This document shows, piece after piece, positions 1 to 8,014 of a stretch of DNA of 64,000 nucleotides. The notes below the pieces were generated by a model. The model searched no databases, was not told where the DNA came from, and worked only from the letters and a program-made list of their open reading frames with translations. Both the position numbers and the translations under genes were made by a program. The first letter of the stretch is position 1; the number at the start of each line of letters is the position of its first letter. The stretch is from positions 186,001 through 250,000 of IMG/VR virus record IMGVR_UViG_3300042541_001760; one strand, given 5' to 3'.

Positions 1-45
1 CAAGAGGCGGTTAGAAAAACGGTGGAGAAATACTACAAAAAATAA
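1..45 (+). CDS. 3' end of an upstream gene (partial, QEAVRKTVEKYYKK*)
   Basis: Open frame from base 1 to TAA at 43-45, followed by a terminator; too short to assign. Confidence 0.45.
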   Translation, partial: QEAVRKTVEKYYKK

Positions 46-81
46 AACTATTTGTTAGGGGTTGACAGGTATGAAATTAAG

Positions 82-108
82 AGAGGGGAAATTTTTTCCC
101 CTTTTTTT
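82..108 (+). terminator. Intrinsic terminator
   Basis: GGGGAAA-TTT-TTTCCCC stem-loop followed by T7. Confidence 0.75.
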
Positions 109-109
109 G

Positions 110-117
110 TATTTATA
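110..117 (+). promoter_or_regulatory. Putative phage late promoter TATTTATA
   Basis: Motif recurs on the sense strand upstream of many structural-type genes; 14 nt before ATG 132. Confidence 0.6.
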
Positions 118-131
118 AGTAAAATATTACT

Positions 132-1175
132 ATGAATTTAGATAAAATGATTCAGAATTTTAATAATGGTGATGATGAATTCTTGTTGTTATTTGGTACT
201 AAGCATGACGAAATAATACATAGATTCTTATCACTAGTTAAACATAAGGGTAAATTAGACCAAATTTTGTGGAAAGATAATGATAATTTAGAGTATGGGG
301 TTAATAACGTACTACATTTTTTATTTAAAGAACCTGAATATAGAGAGAAGATAATTGATAACGCTATTGATTATTATAGTCGTGATGTGACTAAAGTTGG
401 TGATATAATTTATTTAAATTTTAATGATATTCGTGATTTGTCTGATTTTTTTTGTAATGAAGAATTCAGAAGAGGAGAGATGACTAGTGGTGAAATAGCG
501 AACTCCGTTTTATCTGATGATTTTTGGGAGCCTTATGATGACACGGTTAATGATTTATACGATGATGTCATTGAGGAATTGAGTCCTGAAAATCTTGATA
601 AATTAGGTAATATATTATTAAGACAAATTGGTAATACAAAAATAGAATCTGATGATGACGATTTAATATCAACTATTGCCGATGAACAAGGTCATCCCGA
701 ATATGTTATATTGGAAAAAGATGATATTACCAGAATATTAAAAGACAAATCGGCAACCAAAACGCTTTTTAGAAATGGTTATGTTGAAGGTGATTTAGAA
801 ACCGATTTGTATAATCTTCACGGAAATGCTTATAATGGTGCTTATATTAATGAGTTATATAAAATGGTTTGGAATGCTCTTGGGGACTTATTTGGAAAAG
901 GTGAATATGTTAAAGATGAAAATTCAAGAAGTAAAAACGAATATAGATTTGACATTACAGAATTATTTCCTTTAGTTATTGGTGATTTTATTGAATCTAA
1001 GATGGGTTATAGTGATAATATACAAAATTATTGGAGTTTTAATTCATTAGTAAATGAACTATTTAATTATAGTAGCAAATATGAATGTCTGAAATTAGGT
1101 AGAATACCTGATTACCCTGACCACATTGATGTTAGGAACAACTTAAACTCATCATTTGATGATTACATATACTAA
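132..1175 (+). CDS. Acidic hypothetical protein (347 aa)
   Basis: Long ORF with own putative late promoter; no recognisable family. Confidence 0.8.
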   Translation: MNLDKMIQNFNNGDDEFLLLFGTKHDEIIHRFLSLVKHKGKLDQILWKDNDNLEYGVNNVLHFLFKEPEYREKIIDNAIDYYSRDVTKVGDIIYLNFNDIRDLSDFFCNEEFRRGEMTSGEIANSVLSDDFWEPYDDTVNDLYDDVIEELSPENLDKLGNILLRQIGNTKIESDDDDLISTIADEQGHPEYVILEKDDITRILKDKSATKTLFRNGYVEGDLETDLYNLHGNAYNGAYINELYKMVWNALGDLFGKGEYVKDENSRSKNEYRFDITELFPLVIGDFIESKMGYSDNIQNYWSFNSLVNELFNYSSKYECLKLGRIPDYPDHIDVRNNLNSSFDDYIY

Positions 1176-1447
1176 GGATTAACTTTCCCGCAAATATTAA
1201 TTATTAATGACTCTTCTTCTGATGAAAGTTTATATCTATTATTAATTAAAGACATAACTTTCATATTAAAGTCCTCATCAGATTCTTTTGAAACTACATT
1301 GGATAACTTACTTGTTACGTTTGAGTTTTTTAAACACTCCATAATTACTTTATGATCCATATCATCCATTAATGATTCTAGCATTTCTCTTTTCTCTGAA
1401 CGAGTCATACCGTATAACATTTCGTCAACACTTATATCAATATCCAT
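1172..1447 (-). CDS. Hypothetical protein (91 aa)
   Basis: ORF converging on 132..1175 with 4-nt overlap. Confidence 0.7.
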   Translation of the reverse strand: MDIDISVDEMLYGMTRSEKREMLESLMDDMDHKVIMECLKNSNVTSKLSNVVSKESDEDFNMKVMSLINNRYKLSSEEESLIINICGKVNP

Positions 1448-1545
1448 ATTTTAGTTTTTAGTTAAACATATAAAATTATAGTTTTATTGTCAAATACTAT
1501 TTATCCCTAATTTTATTTTATCTATTAATTATCAAAACAATAGAT

Positions 1546-2346
1546 ATGAAATATATTAATTTAAATTCAAAAAAAGGTTTAGTAAATTTATTCGCCGATT
1601 ACATAGTTAAAGAGTTTAGTCACAATACTATGATACAAGTTTCAGATTGTGGGGCATTCTTCTTAGTCAAAGGTAAAACAGATAAAGAAGAGTATGTTGA
1701 TTTAAACGAAATAAAGAAAACATTCTTAAGTGACAATAAAAACAATTATCAATTTTTAGGTTTAGAGAATATTAATATCATTGATATTATTGAGTATGAT
1801 ACTGAAATCCTACCTAAAGATAGATGGCATTCGTTTTATCCCACTGAGAGACCTATATACACTCAATCTGTTATAGATAGACACGAAGACCTGATTAACA
1901 CAATAAACTCGTTAAATGAGGTTAATGGTAGGTCTGTTATTGAATCTGAGGAGGAGGTTATCGGTTTTGATTATTATGAATACCCATCTATGATTATAAC
2001 ATCAGAATTTCCTTATGGTTATGGTTTGGATACAGGTAGATTGGGTTACTACTATTCTGAATATATTGTCAATCATTTGTTTAACATTACCAACTCATCA
2101 AGTATTGATTTTAGATTCTCAAGTCAGGTTGATGATGATATGGAAGTTAAAATAGACATATCTTTATATGATAGTTTATTACCTAACGAATATATTAAAT
2201 CTATGGTGTTGGATGTATTTAATTTTGATGTGTCCGAACTTAAAAATGAATTACAATCTTATGACTTGTTGGATGACTTAAAGGATCCTTTTGGTAAGAA
2301 GCCTTGGTTGGTTAAGGATATGATTGGGGATATTGTTGTTATTTAA
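1546..2346 (+). CDS. Degenerate S-adenosylmethionine synthetase (MetK)-like protein lacking catalytic motifs
   Basis: Segments FFLVKGKTDKEEYVDLNEI, FPYGYG and VLDVFNFD...PFGKKPWLVKD resemble recalled MetK N-, central and C-terminal motifs; GHPDK and GGGAFSGKD absent. Confidence 0.5.
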   Translation: MKYINLNSKKGLVNLFADYIVKEFSHNTMIQVSDCGAFFLVKGKTDKEEYVDLNEIKKTFLSDNKNNYQFLGLENINIIDIIEYDTEILPKDRWHSFYPTERPIYTQSVIDRHEDLINTINSLNEVNGRSVIESEEEVIGFDYYEYPSMIITSEFPYGYGLDTGRLGYYYSEYIVNHLFNITNSSSIDFRFSSQVDDDMEVKIDISLYDSLLPNEYIKSMVLDVFNFDVSELKNELQSYDLLDDLKDPFGKKPWLVKDMIGDIVVI

Positions 2347-2683
2347 ATTTATGATTCCAACGGTGGATATCGTATTTATAAGTCCATAAAGGTGTTACCT
2401 CCTTTAATTTGTAAACCTCATCCAACCATTTTTTTATAGTTGATTGGATATCTCCGTAGTTAAGATGAAATAATAATTCAATTTTCGACCAAATATCGTC
2501 ATTGTGAATATAAACACGCTCAGTTTTCTTATCGTATTCCATTAAAACCTGATTATTATCATTTACATAATATATTGAGTCAGGATAATCCTTATGTTTC
2601 TTTTGTGTTAAATTACCAAAGTGCTTGTTTAACCACTTGATAACAACCCTCTCTAACTGATGTTCATTTACTTGTATGTTCAT
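2339..2683 (-). CDS. Paralog family protein, copy A (MNIQVN-x-QLERVVIKWLN family)
   Basis: Clear similarity to 2694..3038, 3035..3403 and 6750..7061. Confidence 0.85.
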   Translation of the reverse strand: MNIQVNEHQLERVVIKWLNKHFGNLTQKKHKDYPDSIYYVNDNNQVLMEYDKKTERVYIHNDDIWSKIELLFHLNYGDIQSTIKKWLDEVYKLKEVTPLWTYKYDIHRWNHKFK

Positions 2684-2693
2684 ATTCTATTTT

Positions 2694-3038
2694 TCAATTT
2701 CTAAGTTCTTCCCAATTGAAAATGGATGCGTTACTGTTTCTGATTGGTCTCACACCCTTCAATTTGTAAGTATCTTCCAACCAAACCTCAATAATTGATT
2801 TGATGTCATTGTGTCCAATGTGAAATATATTTTCCAAATGTGACCAAATATCACCATAATGAATATAGACATATTCACTTAGTTTAATGTATTGAAGTAT
2901 AACATTATTACTAGAATCCACATAAAATACCACATTAGGAAAATCCTTATGTTTCTTTGGTGTTAAGTTACCTAAGCGTTTGTTTAACCACTTGATGACA
3001 ACTCTCTCCATTTGATTTCTATTTACCTGTACGTTCAT
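2694..3038 (-). CDS. Paralog family protein, copy B
   Basis: Shares N-terminal MN(V/I)QVN..QxERVVIKWLN and C-terminal WLxxxYKLxxV motifs. Confidence 0.85.
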   Translation of the reverse strand: MNVQVNRNQMERVVIKWLNKRLGNLTPKKHKDFPNVVFYVDSSNNVILQYIKLSEYVYIHYGDIWSHLENIFHIGHNDIKSIIEVWLEDTYKLKGVRPIRNSNASIFNWEELRN

Positions 3039-3403
3039 ATTCTATTTTTTAATTTATAGGTCTCCTCCAACCAAATAAGGCCATCCGGCCAATTGAAATC
3101 ATTATCCATTGGTCTTACTCCCTCCAATTTGTATGTCTCTTTCAACCATACCTTCATAATTGAATGAATTACATGATAGTTAAGGTGAAATAACGATTCA
3201 ACTTTTCCCCAAATATGATTATAATCGATATAAAAATTTTCATACTCCGGATTGTATTCCATCATAACCTTATCATTAGAATTTACGTAAAATACTGAGT
3301 CAGGATAATATTTATGTTTCTTTTGCGTTAAATTACCAAAGTGATTGTTTAACCACTTGATAACAACCCTCTCTAACTGATGTTTATTTACTTGTATGTT
3401 CAT
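3035..3403 (-). CDS. Paralog family protein, copy C
   Basis: Same family; WLxETYKL motif present twice; ATGA-coupled to both neighbours. Confidence 0.85.
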   Translation of the reverse strand: MNIQVNKHQLERVVIKWLNNHFGNLTQKKHKYYPDSVFYVNSNDKVMMEYNPEYENFYIDYNHIWGKVESLFHLNYHVIHSIMKVWLKETYKLEGVRPMDNDFNWPDGLIWLEETYKLKNRI

Positions 3404-3996
3404 TTAATTAATAATATTTTACCATAAATATCTTTATACCCACGATTAAACCCCTTATATACTATATGGTATACGTAAACATCTTCCTGACATATTTGAC
3501 CCTTATAAGTTCCATTCCATTGTTTATTAATATCATCACTTTCAAATATTAATTCACCCCATCTATTAAATATTGTAATATTAAACTTATCAACACCGAA
3601 TCCATAAGCCCCGAAAGTTTCGTTTAGATTGTCATCATTTGGTGTAAATGCGTTTGGGACATAGATGCTTAACTCAGGACACCCCTCAACTTTTACAATC
3701 ACTTCGGTTTGTGAGATACAATTACCATTTGTGTATTGAGCAACTATGGTATACTGACCTGGATCATCCCACCTAACAAATAAAGTATTATCGTTTAATC
3801 CTTGTGCGTTCACACTAGGTTCTACTATCCAACGACTTTGATAACCCGGTAATCCATCAACCCAATATTTTTTATCAATATACAATGTATCACATAAATT
3901 TATTATCTGAGGTTCGTTACGTATCTGTGTGTTTAATGAACCACTTAATAATAAAATAAAGACAATTAATATTGTTTTTAAATATGGGTATGACAT
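3400..3996 (-). CDS. Exported protein with Ig/PKD-like domain and T9SS type-B (gliding motility-associated, CHU_C) C-terminal sorting domain
   Basis: Signal peptide ending LNT|Q; C-terminus IYVPNAFTPNDDNLNETF...IFNRWGELIFES...WNGTYKG...VYVY...GKILLIK. Confidence 0.9.
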   Translation of the reverse strand: MSYPYLKTILIVFILLLSGSLNTQIRNEPQIINLCDTLYIDKKYWVDGLPGYQSRWIVEPSVNAQGLNDNTLFVRWDDPGQYTIVAQYTNGNCISQTEVIVKVEGCPELSIYVPNAFTPNDDNLNETFGAYGFGVDKFNITIFNRWGELIFESDDINKQWNGTYKGQICQEDVYVYHIVYKGFNRGYKDIYGKILLIK

Positions 3997-3997
3997 T

Positions 3998-4564
3998 TTA
4001 ATCTGTGTATATAACCGGTGTTGATGGTGGTGGTGTTATCGTTATTGACCCACTACCACTCATAGGGCATCCATTAGCATCTGTTGATGTGAATGTGATT
4101 GGGTAAACTCCTGTCGCTAATCCTGTTGCGTTAAATACCGATCCGGTAACACCAGTTCCGGCAAATACAGGATTAGTCCCAAGTGGATTGGATGTTAAGT
4201 TTATTGTTCCGTTTCCTTGACATAAGGCATCAACTATAACAACAGGTATTGTTGGTGGTAGTACGGTTATCGTTGCCGAACTAGTTGAACTACATAAACC
4301 AATAGTTTTGGTTATGGTAATTGTGTATGTCCCCGCAACAGACCAAGTGACTTGTATTTGGTCACCACTTGATATTGATGTAAATGGAACTGCTGGTACT
4401 ATACTAAAAGTATATGTCGCCAATGGGTCAATAACTTGGTCACCATAAACTTGAACATCGTTCAAACAATAAGTGTTGTTATTTGCCGAATTCGGTGTTG
4501 GTACTTGTCCGTAACCTAATAGGGTTACCAATAAAAATCCAAGAATAATTATAATCTTTTTCAT
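3998..4564 (-). CDS. Exported two-Ig/PKD-like-domain protein
   Basis: Signal peptide GYG|Q; VTWSVAGTYTIT and GTGVTG..F...G.YPITFT.TDANGC motifs typical of Bacteroidota surface proteins. Confidence 0.8.
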   Translation of the reverse strand: MKKIIIILGFLLVTLLGYGQVPTPNSANNNTYCLNDVQVYGDQVIDPLATYTFSIVPAVPFTSISSGDQIQVTWSVAGTYTITITKTIGLCSSTSSATITVLPPTIPVVIVDALCQGNGTINLTSNPLGTNPVFAGTGVTGSVFNATGLATGVYPITFTSTDANGCPMSGSGSITITPPPSTPVIYTD

Positions 4565-4565
4565 A

Positions 4566-5942
4566 TTAATTTGTGTAAACTGATACTGTTATACCACCCG
4601 GTGGTATGTTTATTGTTTTATTTATTGTTGTTGATGTACAAGGTCCGTTAATGGTTAATGAAACATTATAAGTCCCTGATAATAAATATGCGTGAGTTGG
4701 ATTTTGTTGTATTGAAGTTTGACCATCACCAAAATTCCAAAAATACGTATATAAGTTATTCTGATTAACACAATTGTTAGTTATCGTAGGTGACTGAAAT
4801 GATGCGGTGGTGCAACTTATGGTTGGGTTGGGTAATATGTATTGGGGTTGGACATAAAATGACGCAAAGTTAGGTAATCCGAATCTACCTGCCCTACTCA
4901 CAAGTGGTATGGATAAGTCCGAGTAGTTACACCCGACTCCATAAACATTGGGATTATTTATAACGGATAATGATGTATTATTCCTCGCAACATAAACCTT
5001 ACCATCAGGTCCTAATTGAATTGACCCTATGAAAGCGCCTGCGTTTGATACGACTCTACGGCTAGCCTGTATCTGTGCTTGAGTTCCCGCACATAAATCC
5101 CATTGTAATAACATACCTTGGTTTGTCCCACCATATAATATTCTACCGTCAGGCGAGAATTCACATCCATAGATACCCGTCTCGTTTGATAGGGTAAATC
5201 CCCCTGATGCGAAACCTGTGGATGGGTCAAAATTATGTAACTCAATCTTATTCATTCCATAGTGACACGCCGCCAACCTTCTTCCGTTTGGTGATGCCTT
5301 TAATTGTCCATAAGCGGATTGGGGTACTCCTGATACAACAGACCCGGATATTGACCAAGTAGTAATACTAGGGACACCAACATTATCCACCAACCAAGAG
5401 GTAAATACATTTGTATTCCAATCGTGTGATAAGACCCAAACATCAACATTATTACAATGTCTGACGGCACATAACTTTTCACAGGATGGTGTTTTTAGTT
5501 GGGTATTCTTTGTTGTGACCGCACCTAACCCCACACTTAAACTCATATCAACAATTGAGTAACATATACCATTAACTCCAGCATCGTTATCCGAAGTGAA
5601 GATATAATATATGTTGGGTTGATTTGGTTTCTGAACTATGACGGCTGATTGTGTGGATGAAACATCACCGAATAAACCAGTACCATTTGTCATAACCAAA
5701 TGGTTTTTATTCCAAACGGTAATCCCGTTGGTATAGAATAATAGATTACCCAAATTATCTGATATGGTTGCCACCCCTTCAATAGTGGTTAAGGCTCCAT
5801 TGGTTAAAGCAACAGGAGACCCTGAGTTAAAGGTTATCCCCGCATTTGTCCCAAAATACCAATTAGTACTCGGACCGGGTATTTGTGAATATCCGATAAC
5901 ATAAAGTAATGAAAATAATATTATAAGTTTTAACTTTATCAT
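4566..5942 (-). CDS. Exported beta-propeller plus PKD domain protein
   Basis: Signal peptide GYS|Q; NWYFG...EGVATISD..GNLLFYTNG...NGTGL.G..SSTQSA N-terminus; PKD motif YFWNFGDG...NPTHAY..SGTYNVSLT. Confidence 0.85.
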   Translation of the reverse strand: MIKLKLIILFSLLYVIGYSQIPGPSTNWYFGTNAGITFNSGSPVALTNGALTTIEGVATISDNLGNLLFYTNGITVWNKNHLVMTNGTGLFGDVSSTQSAVIVQKPNQPNIYYIFTSDNDAGVNGICYSIVDMSLSVGLGAVTTKNTQLKTPSCEKLCAVRHCNNVDVWVLSHDWNTNVFTSWLVDNVGVPSITTWSISGSVVSGVPQSAYGQLKASPNGRRLAACHYGMNKIELHNFDPSTGFASGGFTLSNETGIYGCEFSPDGRILYGGTNQGMLLQWDLCAGTQAQIQASRRVVSNAGAFIGSIQLGPDGKVYVARNNTSLSVINNPNVYGVGCNYSDLSIPLVSRAGRFGLPNFASFYVQPQYILPNPTISCTTASFQSPTITNNCVNQNNLYTYFWNFGDGQTSIQQNPTHAYLLSGTYNVSLTINGPCTSTTINKTINIPPGGITVSVYTN

Positions 5943-6607
5943 TCCTTAATACGAATGGTTAGACCAACGTCTAATCCTATCATATAAGTATTAAATGAAT
6001 TGTCAATAACTATTGGTGTTAAATTTGTTCTACCATAAACTGATGTAGTTAGTCCAACACCCTCAATTATATTCATATACAAACCACCTCTAACAAAAAC
6101 CCCTAAATAAGTTTTAACCGTTTTATAATCGTATATTTCAACATCATATGTAAAATCATTACGATTTGTTATTATCCCATCACCAAATATCATATTTAAA
6201 GATGGACCTATTTCAAAATATAAACTTTGACCAATGGATGGGTAGTATGTCAATAAGGGAGATATGGAAACACCATCTATTTGTATTGTCTTATCAATAT
6301 ACTTTAACTCATTAAAATTAACACCATTCGGTATGATTCTAATATCCTGATTTATTCTTGTTTTATTTGTCTCCAATTTAATACCCCAAAATTTATTCTG
6401 ATAATAACCATTCTCAAAATATCTCGCAAACGAAAAACCATATGAACTAGCATAGGTTATTCTTCTTTCATTTCTTAGATCGGTAAATGATGTGTTCGGT
6501 ATGTTTAATGTTGTAATCCCTCGATTAAAATTACCACTAATGGTATAGACTTGGGATAAGAGTGGGGACGACAGTAATACGCATAAAACCAGTAAAAACT
6601 TTTTCAT
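5939..6607 (-). CDS. Outer-membrane beta-barrel protein (PorT-like, about 8 strands)
   Basis: Signal peptide LLS|Q; amphipathic strands, YFEIGPSLNMI motif, terminal strand IGLDVGLTIRI; 222 aa. Confidence 0.65.
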   Translation of the reverse strand: MKKFLLVLCVLLSSPLLSQVYTISGNFNRGITTLNIPNTSFTDLRNERRITYASSYGFSFARYFENGYYQNKFWGIKLETNKTRINQDIRIIPNGVNFNELKYIDKTIQIDGVSISPLLTYYPSIGQSLYFEIGPSLNMIFGDGIITNRNDFTYDVEIYDYKTVKTYLGVFVRGGLYMNIIEGVGLTTSVYGRTNLTPIVIDNSFNTYMIGLDVGLTIRIKE

Positions 6608-6660
6608 AAGATATAGTATATGTTAGTTTAGTTGCCATTCGTAATACGCACTGATTTTAC

Positions 6661-6668
6661 TATAAATA
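6661..6668 (-). promoter_or_regulatory. Putative late promoter TATTTATA driving the 6607-to-2339 operon
   Basis: Exact motif 53 nt upstream of ATG 6607, just downstream of a terminator. Confidence 0.6.
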
Positions 6669-6680
6669 TCTTAAAAACAA

Positions 6681-6705
6681 AAAATCCACTAAAAAAGTGG
6701 ATTTT
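6681..6705 (-). terminator. Intrinsic terminator
   Basis: AAAATCCACT-AAAAA-AGTGGATTTT perfect 10-bp stem with flanking T-run on minus strand. Confidence 0.75.
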
Positions 6706-6749
6706 ATTATTTACTTTATTAAATGTTTTATTACATTAGGTGATTTTTA

Positions 6750-7061
6750 CTAATCATAAGTGGCACCAAAAACTTCTTGAACGTCAATATCGTATGTTTC
6801 GTACATCCATTTTGGGACTATAGTTCTAACATCAACATAAGTTAATTTAAACATATTAACCAAACTCATAAGAATATCATTATTCACATGTAAAATACCA
6901 TTATCAGTATTATAATCCATCATCTGTTTATTATTATGGTTAAAATAAAATACCGTATCGGTAAAATATGAAATCTCTTTTAGTGTTAAGTTACCGTAGT
7001 GTTTATTTAACCACTTGATAACTACTCTTTCCAATTGATGTTTATTTACTTGTATGTCCAT
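6750..7061 (-). CDS. Paralog family protein, copy D
   Basis: MDIQVNKHQLERVVIKWLNKHYGNLT N-terminus. Confidence 0.85.
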   Translation of the reverse strand: MDIQVNKHQLERVVIKWLNKHYGNLTLKEISYFTDTVFYFNHNNKQMMDYNTDNGILHVNNDILMSLVNMFKLTYVDVRTIVPKWMYETYDIDVQEVFGATYD

Positions 7062-7065
7062 AATG

Positions 7066-7073
7066 TATAAATA
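7066..7073 (-). promoter_or_regulatory. Putative late promoter TATTTATA
   Basis: Exact motif 4 nt upstream of ATG 7061. Confidence 0.55.
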
Positions 7074-7076
7074 CCA

Positions 7077-7361
7077 TTAAAGACCAAAATGTTCCTTAAT
7101 GATATTAACACCCTCATCAATCTCGTTATAATCTCTCTCAGGCGCATATAAGTGAGATACAGGTTCATCATCAGGTGATTCTACAATCATAAAAGACGGA
7201 ACAAAATCATTACCTGTTATCTCCTTGAACATCTCGTATTCGTCCTCGTGTTCGTGGATGTCCCTAACAAAATAGTTAATATTTTCCTCGTTCAACCGGT
7301 CTTTCATCATCTGACAAAATGGACACCCATCCATTGTGAACAGAATTAGTAGTTTATCCAT
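7077..7361 (-). CDS. Glutaredoxin/thioredoxin-fold protein
   Basis: FTMDGCPFC active site and downstream VP motif. Confidence 0.85.
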   Translation of the reverse strand: MDKLLILFTMDGCPFCQMMKDRLNEENINYFVRDIHEHEDEYEMFKEITGNDFVPSFMIVESPDDEPVSHLYAPERDYNEIDEGVNIIKEHFGL

Positions 7362-7668
7362 TTATAATTTTACTTGATAAGTCGATTATTTCTTTTATCT
7401 GCATAATTCCAACCTTATTAAAAACTTCTTCACCGCTTTTAAATCCTTTTATAGTGGGAACTCCTCTAACACCTAACTGCATAGTTAATTCTGAATCGGA
7501 ATCCACATTATATTTATACACACTTAAATTTGTAATTTGTGATGAAGCACTCTCCAACATTGGCATCATAACTTTACACGGACCACACCACGGGGCATAG
7601 CAATCCAATATGAAATCTTCCCCCTTTTTAATCTTTTCTCTTACTTGTTCTGCGTTTAATTCAATCAT
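7354..7668 (-). CDS. trxA: Thioredoxin
   Basis: APWCGPCK active site, GVRGVPT motif, 104 aa. Confidence 0.95.
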   Translation of the reverse strand: MIELNAEQVREKIKKGEDFILDCYAPWCGPCKVMMPMLESASSQITNLSVYKYNVDSDSELTMQLGVRGVPTIKGFKSGEEVFNKVGIMQIKEIIDLSSKIING

Positions 7669-8012
7669 TTTATTTTTATTATTTGGTTTATTAAGAATGT
7701 TATTTCTTCAAGTGGTCTTGTTGAATCGTAATATAAATTCACATTGTATCTACTTTCATTTAACTTCCTTGAAAAATAAATATAGTAATTTTCATTAGTT
7801 AGTATAATACATTCTTTTATTTCTATTTTTCTTTCCTGTAGTGATTGCGGTGATAGTATAATATCTTTATATATTACGGATTTGACTAACTTAGTATTTT
7901 TATCAAAAAGTTCAGGTGTTATACTTAACTCATCACGATATGATAATTTAGTTAATAACTCTCCGTAAGTTTTTAAAAATTTTTTCTCTTTTTTAAAGTA
8001 TTTTTCTTCCAT
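7665..8012 (-). CDS. Hypothetical protein (115 aa)
   Basis: ORF coupled to neighbours. Confidence 0.7.
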   Translation of the reverse strand: MEEKYFKKEKKFLKTYGELLTKLSYRDELSITPELFDKNTKLVKSVIYKDIILSPQSLQERKIEIKECIILTNENYYIYFSRKLNESRYNVNLYYDSTRPLEEITFLINQIIKIK

Positions 8013-8014
8013 AA

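Larger units (their letters stand above)
2581..3403. repeat. Near-identical direct repeats: 2581-2683 and 3301-3403 (5' ends of paralogs A and C)
   Basis: 103 nt with 5 mismatches by manual alignment, 720 nt apart; more diverged copies at about 2936-3038 and 6960-7061. Confidence 0.9.

Noticed and set aside
1-45. Terminal peptide QEAVRKTVEKYYKK as IscU/NifU or epimerase C-terminus
   Set aside because: Fourteen residues are not enough to assign a family.
2339-3403. Paralog repeats as a diversity-generating retroelement (TR/VR) or CRISPR array
   Set aside because: There is no reverse transcriptase in the window, mismatches are not adenine-specific, and the repeats are coding 5' ends rather than short regularly spaced repeats.
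5939-6607. Beta-barrel as the PorP/SprF partner of the type-B CTD protein
   Set aside because: At 222 aa it is too short for the roughly 300+ aa PorP/SprF barrels and lacks recognisable motifs; a small PorT-like barrel fits better.
3400-6607. Window being a Bacteroidota chromosome because of T9SS, DnaJ, Trx and sigma genes
   Set aside because: The baseplate cluster, phage-type gene packing, phage-specific promoter motif and absence of housekeeping operons indicate a phage; the cassette is translationally coupled to phage paralogs.
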